Source: Nannocystis sp.
GTDB lineage: Bacteria > Myxococcota_A > Polyangia > Nannocystales > Nannocystaceae
NCBI RefSeq assembly: GCF_016714285.1
Contig: NZ_JADJNN010000012.1
Span: 154,040-218,039 of the forward strand
Direction: 5' to 3'
Length of the DNA: 64,000 nucleotides
The notes beneath the pieces were generated by a model, which did no database searches, was not told the origin of the DNA, and was given only the letters and a program-made list of their open reading frames with translations. The translations under genes and the position numbers were made by a program. The first letter of the stretch is position 1, and the number at the start of each line of letters is the position of its first letter. Below, in pieces: positions 35,687 to 43,015 of the stretch.

Positions 35687-36847
35687 GTGGCCGGCCTCTA
35701 CGTCCACGTCCCGTTCTGCGCCCGCGCCTGTCCCTACTGCGACTTCGACTTCCAGGTCGGTCGCCGCCCCGACGCTGTGGCCTTCATTGCTGGCCTTGGC
35801 TGTGAGCTGGCTGCCCGCAAGGACATGTCCCCGGAGACAGGTGTCATCCCGCCCGGCGACGCCTGGCCGACCGTCTACCTCGGCGGCGGCACCCCGAGCC
35901 TGCTCGGCGTCGACGGCCTGCGCGCGCTCGCGGCCTTCATCGCGGCCAACTTCCCCGGCGCTGGCCGTGGCCCGGGCTCCGAGTACACCGTCGAGGTCAA
36001 CCCGGAGCACGGCGACCCGGCCCTGTTCGCCGCGATCGCCGGCTTCGGCGGCACCCGCGTCTCGCTCGGCGTCCAGACCCTCGACCCCCACGGCCTCGCC
36101 GCCCTCGGTCGCGTCCACAGCCGCACGCGCGCCCTCGCGGCGCTCAGCGACGCCCGCAGCGCCGGCCTCGATATCAGCGCCGACCTCATCGTCGGCTGGC
36201 CCGGACAGACGCTCGCCAGCCTCCGCGCCGACGTGACCGCGATCGTCGATTCGGGCGCCCGCCACGTCTCGATCTACGGCCTCACGATCGAGGCCGGGAC
36301 CCCGTGGGAGACCCTGGTCCGCCGCGGCAAGCGGCGCCTCCCCGACCCCGAGCACCAGACCGACCTCCTGCTCGCCGCGGGCGAGGCCCTGTGCGCCGCC
36401 GGCCTCGAGCACTACGAGGTCGCCAGCTACGCCGCCCCCGGCCAGCGCGCCCGCCACAACCTCGGCTACTGGACCTGGCGCGACTACCTCGGCCTCGGAC
36501 CCTCGGCCCACTCTGCCGTGTACGCCGACGACGGCTCGGTCATCCGCCGCGGCAACCGCCGCGGCCTCGGCCCCTGGAGCGCCGACCCCGGGATCGCCGG
36601 CGAGCTCGATCCACAGGCCCCGCTCGCCGCCGCCGCCGAGGGCCTGTGGACCGGCCTGCGCCACCTCCCGGGCCTCGATCTCGCCGCCTTCCTGGCCCGC
36701 TTCCCCGCCGTCGATCGCGCCTGGATCGCCGCCCGCACGCTGCGGCAGGTCGCCCGCGGCAACCTCGAGCTCGGCGACGCCTGCCTGCGCGTCGCCCCCG
36801 GCCGCTGGCTCTGGCACGACTCGATCGCCGCCGATCTGCTCGCCTGA
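35687..36847 (+). CDS. hemW: radical SAM heme chaperone HemW (HemN-like, oxygen-independent coproporphyrinogen oxidase family)
   Basis: The start is a GTG. LYVHVPFCARACPYCDF is the CxxxCxxC radical-SAM cluster. The HemN C-domain is present. Confidence 0.8.
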   Translation: MAGLYVHVPFCARACPYCDFDFQVGRRPDAVAFIAGLGCELAARKDMSPETGVIPPGDAWPTVYLGGGTPSLLGVDGLRALAAFIAANFPGAGRGPGSEYTVEVNPEHGDPALFAAIAGFGGTRVSLGVQTLDPHGLAALGRVHSRTRALAALSDARSAGLDISADLIVGWPGQTLASLRADVTAIVDSGARHVSIYGLTIEAGTPWETLVRRGKRRLPDPEHQTDLLLAAGEALCAAGLEHYEVASYAAPGQRARHNLGYWTWRDYLGLGPSAHSAVYADDGSVIRRGNRRGLGPWSADPGIAGELDPQAPLAAAAEGLWTGLRHLPGLDLAAFLARFPAVDRAWIAARTLRQVARGNLELGDACLRVAPGRWLWHDSIAADLLA

Positions 36848-36869
36848 GCGCGCGACCCTGGGACTGGCG

Positions 36870-36881
36870 CGTCCCGCTTGA
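36870..36881 (+). promoter_or_regulatory. candidate heat-shock (-35-like) element CGTCCCGCTTGA upstream of hrcA
   Basis: An identical 11-mer CGTCCCGCTTG recurs upstream of grpE (38043-38053). It resembles the sigma32-type extended -35 (tCcCCCTTGAA). Confidence 0.3.
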
Positions 36882-36901
36882 TCGCGCTACCAAGGGCGAC
36901 G

Positions 36902-38038
36902 GTGGCAGAGCTGAGTCCCCGACGACAGCGGATCTTGTTCGCGCTGTGTCGCGACTACATCGTGACCGGTCGCCCGGTCGCGTCGGCCAACCTCACCCAG
37001 CACCTCGAGTGCTCCTCGGCCACGATCCGCAACGAGCTCGCCGCGCTCGAGGAGCACGGCCTCCTGCAGCAGCCGCACCACTCCGCCGGGCGCCTGCCCA
37101 CCGCCGCGGGCATGCGCCTCTACGTGCGCTCGCTCGGCGCCCTCCCGCCGCTGCGCGCCGAGGTCCGCCGCGCCGTCGACGTCTCCTTCGGCGAGGTCGT
37201 CCAGGGCCCCGAGGGCATGCGCGCCGCGGTCCGCGTGCTCAGCGAGCTGGTCGGCTGCGTCGCCGTCAGCTTCGTCGGCGAGGGCCGCCGCGGCGTGATG
37301 CGCCAGGTCGACCTCGTCCCCGTGCAAGGTCATCGCGCGCTGGTCGTCGTCGGCCTCGCCGACGGCGCCACCCACGTGCACCCGGTCAACCTCGACCCCA
37401 GCCTCGTCGGCGGGCTCGCCGGCGATAAGGGCGGCGCCTCGCTGCTGCGCGTCCAGGAGCGCCTGCGCGGCCTGTGCATCGGCAAGACCCTCGCCGAGGC
37501 CCGCGCCGATCTCACGCGCATGTGGGCCGAGCAAGAGGCCCACCTCGATCGCCTGCTCGCCGAGAGCCTGCGCCTCGGCCTGTGGCTGTGCAGCGCCGCC
37601 GCCCTCGATCCGCTGTGGGTCCAGATCGCCGGCCAGAAGCTGCTCGCCGGCCACAGCGGCACCACCCTCGCGCAGATCCTCAGCCTCTTCGACGACTATC
37701 ACAGCCTCGCGGAGCTGCTGTGTCAGCTGCTCCCGGAGCAGGTCGGCTCGGCCCGCGCCGAGGTCCACGTCGCCGGCGAGGTCCCGGGCACGGCTGGCCC
37801 CGCGGGCGCAGCAGGCCCCGCGGGCGCAGCAGGGCCCGGCGGTCTGTTCATCCGCGACGAGCCGCTCGTGCTCGCGGGGCTTAGCCTGGTCGGCTGTCGC
37901 CTCCACTCGACCGACGACGACGGCCGCAAGACCACCGCCGTCGCGCTGCTGGGCCCCGATCACATGGATTACGAGGCCGTCATTCCTCTGGTAGAGTACG
38001 CCGCCCAGGCACTGGCGGCGCGTACAAGCGAGGGATAG
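36902..38038 (+). CDS. hrcA: heat-inducible transcription repressor HrcA
   Basis: The likely start is a GTG: MAELSPRRQRILFALCRDYIVTGRPVASANL... (HrcA N-terminal wHTH). The ORF could also start at the TTG at 36878. Confidence 0.75.
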   Translation: MAELSPRRQRILFALCRDYIVTGRPVASANLTQHLECSSATIRNELAALEEHGLLQQPHHSAGRLPTAAGMRLYVRSLGALPPLRAEVRRAVDVSFGEVVQGPEGMRAAVRVLSELVGCVAVSFVGEGRRGVMRQVDLVPVQGHRALVVVGLADGATHVHPVNLDPSLVGGLAGDKGGASLLRVQERLRGLCIGKTLAEARADLTRMWAEQEAHLDRLLAESLRLGLWLCSAAALDPLWVQIAGQKLLAGHSGTTLAQILSLFDDYHSLAELLCQLLPEQVGSARAEVHVAGEVPGTAGPAGAAGPAGAAGPGGLFIRDEPLVLAGLSLVGCRLHSTDDDGRKTTAVALLGPDHMDYEAVIPLVEYAAQALAARTSEG

Positions 38039-38042
38039 GTCA

Positions 38043-38053
38043 CGTCCCGCTTG
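38043..38053 (+). promoter_or_regulatory. second copy of CGTCCCGCTTG motif, upstream of grpE
   Basis: It is followed 17 nt later by CCACATAC (a CCCCAT-like -10?). The spacing to the grpE ATG (38089) is very short, so the assignment is uncertain. Confidence 0.25.
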
Positions 38054-38088
38054 CGTGTGCACGGCCGAGTCGCCACATACGGAGCCGC

Positions 38089-38640
38089 ATGAGCCAAGCA
38101 AGCAACGACCCCGACCAAAGCCCCGACCACTCGGCCGCCGGCATGGCGCTCCTGGACGCCGAGAAGCTCGCCCTGGCCGAGCAGGAGGTCGCGAGCCTCA
38201 AGGACAAGTGGCTCCGCGCCGTCGCCGATCACGAGAACTTCAAGAAGCGCACCCGTCGCGAGATCGACGACGCCGTGTTCCGCGCCCGCCAGGACCTGCT
38301 CAGCAGCTTCTTCCCGACCGCCGACAACCTCGACCGCGCGCTCGAGCTGGCCCGCGGCAACGAGCAGCTGTTCAAGGGCATCGAGATGGTCGCCCACGAG
38401 TTTCGCGGCGCGCTCGCCCGCCACGGCATCGAGCCCGTGCCCACCGTTGGGCACCCCTTCGACCCGGCCCTGCACGAGGCCCTCTCGCAGGTCGACTCCG
38501 CCGACCACGCCCCTGGCACCGTCACCTTCGAGTTCGAACGCGGCTACCGCCAGGGCGATCGCCTCCTGCGCCCCGCCCGCGTGGTGATCGCCGGCCCCGG
38601 CTCGACTGGCTCGCCTGGCAAGGCCGGCCCCGCGGCGTGA
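38089..38640 (+). CDS. grpE: nucleotide exchange factor GrpE
   Basis: It has a coiled-coil N-terminus (KDKWLRAVADHENFKKRTRRE) and the C-terminal beta domain. Confidence 0.85.
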   Translation: MSQASNDPDQSPDHSAAGMALLDAEKLALAEQEVASLKDKWLRAVADHENFKKRTRREIDDAVFRARQDLLSSFFPTADNLDRALELARGNEQLFKGIEMVAHEFRGALARHGIEPVPTVGHPFDPALHEALSQVDSADHAPGTVTFEFERGYRQGDRLLRPARVVIAGPGSTGSPGKAGPAA

Positions 38641-38660
38641 TCCATGATCGAGATCCCGCG

Positions 38661-40526
38661 ATGACGAGCAAGCCGGGCCCGATCCTCGGCATCGACCTGG
38701 GGACCACCAACTCCTGCGTCGCCGTGATGGACGGCGGCGAGGCGCGCGTGCTCGCCAACCGCGAGGGCAGCCGCACCACCCCGAGCGTCGTCGCCTTCGT
38801 CGGCGACGACATCCTCGTCGGCGAGGCCGCCCGCCAGCGCGCCAGCAAAGATCCAGCCGCCACCGTGTTCGCCGCCAAGCGCCTCATCGGCCGCAAGTTC
38901 GCCGAGGTCGAGGCCGTGCGCCGCGGGCTGCCTTACACCGTCGTCGCCGCGGCCAACGGCGACGCCTGGGCCGAAGTCCACGGCCGTCGCCGCTCACCCA
39001 GCCAGATCTCCGCGCAGGTGCTCGCGTACTTGAAGGACGCCGCCGCCGACGCCCTCGGCGAGCCGGTCACCCGCGCCATCATCACCGTCCCCGCCTACTT
39101 CGACGACGCCCAGCGCCAGGCCACCCGCGACGCCGGCACCATCGCCGGCCTCCGCGTCGAACGCATCCTCAGCGAGCCCACCGCCGCCGCCCTCGCTTAC
39201 GGCCTCCATGACCGCAAGGACAGGCCGCCCCAGATCGTCGCCGTCTACGACCTCGGCGGCGGCACCTTCGACGTCTCCCTGCTCGAGCTGCGCAGCGGCG
39301 CCTTCGAGGTCCTCGCCACCGCCGGCGACTCGCAGCTCGGCGGCGAGGACTTCGACAGCGCCGTCGTCGATCACATCGCCGACCTGTTCCAGCGCGAGCA
39401 CGGCGTCGATCTGCGCAGCGATCGCGCCGCCCTCGCGCGCCTGCGTGACGCCGCCCAGCGGGCCAAGCACGAGCTCAGCTGGGCCCTCGCCACCGAGCTG
39501 AACCTGCCCTTCATCGCCGCCGTCGACGGCCAGCCGCTGCACCTCGCGCTCACGCTCACCCGCCGCGAACTCGAGCGCCTCACGCGGCCGCTGATCGATC
39601 GCAGCCTCGGCCCCTGTCGCCGCGTCCTCGCCGACGCCGGCCTGCGCCGCGACCAGGTCGAGGAGGTCCTGCTGGTCGGCGGCCAGACCCGCATGCCCGC
39701 GGTCGTAGAGGCCGTGGCCGAGTGCTTCGGCCGCCAGCCCAGCACCGCCCACAACCCCGACGAGGTCGTGGCGATCGGCGCCGCGATCCAGGGCGCCGTC
39801 CTGGCCGGCGAGCTCGCCGACCTCGTCCTGCTCGACGTCGTCCCGCTCAGCATCGGCGTCGAGACCCAGGGCGGCGTGTTCTCGGTGCTGATCCCCCGCA
39901 ACACCCCGATCCCCACCCGCCGCACCGAGACCTTCAGCACCAGCGTCGACAACCAATCGATCGTGCACGTGCACGTGCTCCAGGGTCTGCGCGAGATGGC
40001 CGAGGACAACCGCAGCATCGCCCGCCTGCAGCTCACCGACATCCCGCCCGCCCCGCGCGGCGCCCCGCAGATCCAGGTCCGCTTCGAGCTCGACGCCGAC
40101 GCGATCCTCCGCGTCAGCGCCCGCGAGCTGCTCAGCGGCAAGGAGGCCGCGATCGTCGCCCAGCCCGCCTCCGGCCTGACCCGCGCCGAGGTCCAGGCGC
40201 TCGCCCAGGAGGCCGAGGACGCCCGCCAGCACGACCTCTCCCGCCGCGCCATCGTCGAGACGCGCAACCGCTGCGAGACCCTCGCCTACGCCTGCGAGCG
40301 CGCCCTCGAGGGCTACGGCGAGGGCCTCCCCGCCGCCGTCCGCGAGTCGGTGCAGCGCGACGTCGCGGCCCTGCGCGGGCTGCTCGGTGACCATGCGGGC
40401 GCCCGCGGCGGCCCCGAGCTGCAAGCCGCCTTCGCCGCGCTCGAGCGATCGTCCCGCCAGATCTACGCCGCGATGCTCGGCGACGCCGAGACACCCGCCC
40501 TGCTCGCCGAGGGGTCCCGCGAATGA
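38661..40526 (+). CDS. dnaK: molecular chaperone DnaK (Hsp70)
   Basis: The start is the internal [29 protein letters not shown] and the remaining Hsp70 signatures are present. Upstream ORF sequence is junk. Confidence 0.9.
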   Translation: MTSKPGPILGIDLGTTNSCVAVMDGGEARVLANREGSRTTPSVVAFVGDDILVGEAARQRASKDPAATVFAAKRLIGRKFAEVEAVRRGLPYTVVAAANGDAWAEVHGRRRSPSQISAQVLAYLKDAAADALGEPVTRAIITVPAYFDDAQRQATRDAGTIAGLRVERILSEPTAAALAYGLHDRKDRPPQIVAVYDLGGGTFDVSLLELRSGAFEVLATAGDSQLGGEDFDSAVVDHIADLFQREHGVDLRSDRAALARLRDAAQRAKHELSWALATELNLPFIAAVDGQPLHLALTLTRRELERLTRPLIDRSLGPCRRVLADAGLRRDQVEEVLLVGGQTRMPAVVEAVAECFGRQPSTAHNPDEVVAIGAAIQGAVLAGELADLVLLDVVPLSIGVETQGGVFSVLIPRNTPIPTRRTETFSTSVDNQSIVHVHVLQGLREMAEDNRSIARLQLTDIPPAPRGAPQIQVRFELDADAILRVSARELLSGKEAAIVAQPASGLTRAEVQALAQEAEDARQHDLSRRAIVETRNRCETLAYACERALEGYGEGLPAAVRESVQRDVAALRGLLGDHAGARGGPELQAAFAALERSSRQIYAAMLGDAETPALLAEGSRE

Positions 40527-40700
40527 GCTACCAGGATCACTACGCCGTCCTCGGCGACGCCGAGACACCCGCCCTGCTCGCCGAGGGGTCCCGCGAATGA
40601 GCTACCAGGATCACCACGCCGTCCTCGGCGAAACACCCGCCCTGCTCGCCGAGGGGTCCCGCGAATGAGCTACCAGGATCACTACGCCGTCCTCGGCGTC
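40467..40700. repeat. tandem triplication (74-bp and 68-bp units) of the dnaK-stop/dnaJ-start junction
   Basis: gaATGAgctaccaggatcac occurs three times, with ATGs at 40523, 40597 and 40665. Each copy carries the dnaK C-terminal codons ...(D)[13 protein letters not shown] fused behind the dnaJ N-terminal MSYQDH(Y/H)AVLG. Copy 3 has a 6-bp deletion. Confidence 0.85.
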
Positions 40701-41771
40701 GCCGCCAACGCATCGCAGGACGAGGTCAAGGCCGCCTACCGCCGCCTCGCCCTCGCCACGCACCCCGATCGCCACCCCGACGACCCCGACGCCGAGGCCC
40801 GCTTCCGCGCCATCTCCACCGCCTACGCCGTCCTCAGCGACCCGGCCCAGCGCGCCCGCTACGACACCCAGCGCCTCCTCCCCGAGACCCTGATCGGCGG
40901 GCAGGGCGGGCAGGGGGTCAGCCTCCAGACCGCGAAGGACCTGCTCGCCGCCGTCGTCGGCGACGTGTTCGGCCGCCAGCGCCGTGAGCGTCGCCGCGGC
41001 CGCGACATCCGCTACACCCTCACCGTCGAGCTCGCCCAGGCCGTCCTCGGCGGCGAGCACGAGATCAACTTCGAGGCCGCCGGCGCCTGCAGCACCTGCG
41101 GCGGCACCGGGGCCCGCCCCGCCGGGCGCCCGCCCATCACCTGTCCCTTGTGCCAGGGTCGCGGCGAGGTCAAGGGCGAGGGCTTTCTGCGCCGCTACAG
41201 CCCGTGCGGCCGCTGCGGCGGCGTCGGCATGATCCAGCAAGATCCCTGCGCGCCCTGCTCCGGCCGCGGCTCGCGGCGGGAGAAGCGGAGCTTCCACGTG
41301 CGCCTCCCGCCCGGCACCGAGTCGGGCGTCGAGAAGCTCGTCGAGGGCCAGGGCGAGCCCGGTCAATTCGGCGGCGCACCCGGGCACCTGCGGGTCACCA
41401 TCAACGTCCGCCCGCACCCGTGGCTGCGCCGCGAGGGCCTCGACATCCTCGGCGAGCTCTACGTAAGCCTCGGCGAGGCCGCCCGCGGCGGCAAGCTCCC
41501 GGTGCCCACCCTCACCGGGGTGGCGATGGTCGAGATCCCCGCCGGCGTGACCACCGGCGCCAAGCTGCGCCTGCGTGGCAAGGGCGCCCCCGCCGAGGCC
41601 GGACGTCCCGGCGATCAGATCGTCACCGTCGTGATCGAGACCCCGCGGATCACCACCGCCACCGGCGCCCCCGCGACCCACCTCGCCAGCGCCCTCGACG
41701 CCCTCGAGCGCGCCTTCGAGGCCGATCCCCAGCTGCTCCCGCGTCGCGCCGCCCAGCGCAGCGGCGCCTGA
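40665..41771 (+). CDS. dnaJ: molecular chaperone DnaJ
   Basis: The J-domain (YAVLGV...HPD), a G-rich region, four CxxCxGxG zinc-finger repeats and the C-terminal domains are present. Confidence 0.9.
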   Translation: MSYQDHYAVLGVAANASQDEVKAAYRRLALATHPDRHPDDPDAEARFRAISTAYAVLSDPAQRARYDTQRLLPETLIGGQGGQGVSLQTAKDLLAAVVGDVFGRQRRERRRGRDIRYTLTVELAQAVLGGEHEINFEAAGACSTCGGTGARPAGRPPITCPLCQGRGEVKGEGFLRRYSPCGRCGGVGMIQQDPCAPCSGRGSRREKRSFHVRLPPGTESGVEKLVEGQGEPGQFGGAPGHLRVTINVRPHPWLRREGLDILGELYVSLGEAARGGKLPVPTLTGVAMVEIPAGVTTGAKLRLRGKGAPAEAGRPGDQIVTVVIETPRITTATGAPATHLASALDALERAFEADPQLLPRRAAQRSGA

Positions 41772-41797
41772 TCAGGCACCCTCAGGTGCTCTTCAGA

Positions 41798-41812
41798 TGT
41801 CCCAAAGGACAG
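41798..41812. terminator. hairpin TGTCCC-aaa-GGACAG downstream of dnaJ (recurrent motif)
   Basis: The same stem sequence recurs after nusB (47021-47036) and after xerD (58395-58410). It is a candidate conserved terminator or small repeat element. Confidence 0.35.
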
Positions 41813-41863
41813 CCGCGTTAGCGCTGGCGCGGCGCCATGCTTTGAGGCACCTTGCTCGCACGC

Positions 41864-42244
41864 ATGGCAACGGGTGACGCGAACAAGCAGCTGCAGGAGC
41901 TCGAGCAGCTGGCGAGCAACCTCGGCGTGCGCGTCAGCTACGACGCCATGACGGGCCTCAGCCAGGGCGGCGGCGGCCTGTGCAAGGTGCGCGGCGAGTG
42001 GCGCATCATCATGGACAAGCGGCTCAAGGCGGTGGAGCGCATGCAGGTGATCTCCGACGCCCTGCGCTCACGCTTCGACACCGAGGCCCACTTCGTCTCG
42101 CCGCAGGTCCGCAGCATGCTCGCGCCAATGGCTGGCATCCCGGTTGGCATCGGGGCTGGCATCGGGGCTGGCATCGGGGCTGGCATCCCGGCTGGCATCC
42201 CGGCTGGCATCCCGGTTGGCGTCCCGGCACCTGCGGGCACCTGA
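41864..42244 (+). CDS. hypothetical protein with C-terminal (GIGA/GIPA)n repeat
   Basis: MATGDANKQLQELEQLASNLGVRVSYDAMTGL...CKVRGEWRIIMDKRL is followed by GIPVGIGAGIGAGIGAGIPAGIPAGIPVGVP, encoded by 12-nt tandem repeats (42126-42225). Confidence 0.35.
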   Translation: MATGDANKQLQELEQLASNLGVRVSYDAMTGLSQGGGGLCKVRGEWRIIMDKRLKAVERMQVISDALRSRFDTEAHFVSPQVRSMLAPMAGIPVGIGAGIGAGIGAGIPAGIPAGIPVGVPAPAGT

Positions 42245-42287
42245 CCCAAAGGTCAGGTCTCTGCCCACCGGAGGTGCCTCCGACGCC

Positions 42288-42659
42288 TCACACGCGCAGG
42301 AGATCGGCCAGGGTCGGATCGCCAGCGAGCAGCGCCTCGACCTCGGCCCGGATCTCGCGCCACAGCGCTGGATCAGCCCCTGCGGGCATCTGCGCCGCGA
42401 CCACCGCGTCGATCAACTGCACGCGCGCCGCCTCAGCGTCGATAGCGCCCGCAGCCAGGGCCTCGCTGATCGACGCCACGGGATCCGCCGCCGCGGCCTC
42501 GACCGGGGCCACGCCGGTGAGCCCGCCGCTCGCCGCGACCTCACCGACCTCCGCGACCGAGTCGACGTCCGCAGCCGGCTGCGCTGCGCCGCTGGGTCCG
42601 ACGCGCTCAAGCCGGGGGAGGGGGTCTGGTCCGCTGGGATCGTCGTGCCGGTCTCGCAT
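42288..42659 (-). CDS. hypothetical small acidic Ala-rich protein
   Basis: It is a 123-aa ORF with no recognisable domain. Coding periodicity is consistent. Confidence 0.3.
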   Translation of the reverse strand: MRDRHDDPSGPDPLPRLERVGPSGAAQPAADVDSVAEVGEVAASGGLTGVAPVEAAAADPVASISEALAAGAIDAEAARVQLIDAVVAAQMPAGADPALWREIRAEVEALLAGDPTLADLLRV

Positions 42660-43015
42660 GGGTACGCCTCGCAGACCTTATCATCGGCCGTCGCAGGGGG
42701 ATCGTTGCAGCCCCACGATCGACCACGGCCCGGTCCGGAGCCCGCCCAATCTCACCACGCCCGGCCGGTCGTGGACAAACCCGCGCCAGGTCCCACGTGC
42801 GTCCGCAGGGGCCGCGGCGGGCCAGCGGCCAGCCCCAAAATAGCCTGAGTGCCCCGAATACCCCGCCCTCCTGGCCCGGTTTTCCGGTCGTGGCCAAAGC
42901 CTCCCCCAAAGCCTCCCCCAATGCCTCTTGAAGCGACGAGGACGTTGACTTTTGCCAGGCTTCGGGCTCACATGTTGCAGCCCTACGTCCACGCGCGTAC
43001 GGGTCGGAGTTCCTG

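Noticed and set aside
36848-38660. Expected CIRCE operator (TTAGCACTC-N9-GAGTGCTAA) upstream of hrcA, grpE and dnaK.
   Set aside because: No such inverted repeat is present in any of the three upstream regions.
12369-40700. Tandem repeat arrays considered as possible CRISPR.
   Set aside because: The units are contiguous with no unique spacers. They are gene-derived duplications or simple repeats, not repeat-spacer arrays.
42660-43015. TTGACT..17 nt..TCACAT as a sigma70 promoter for the PEGA kinase, plus the ccggtcgtgg(a/c)caaa direct repeats.
   Set aside because: The -10 match is poor, and housekeeping-promoter consensus in Myxococcota is not reliable. The observation is noted but not called.
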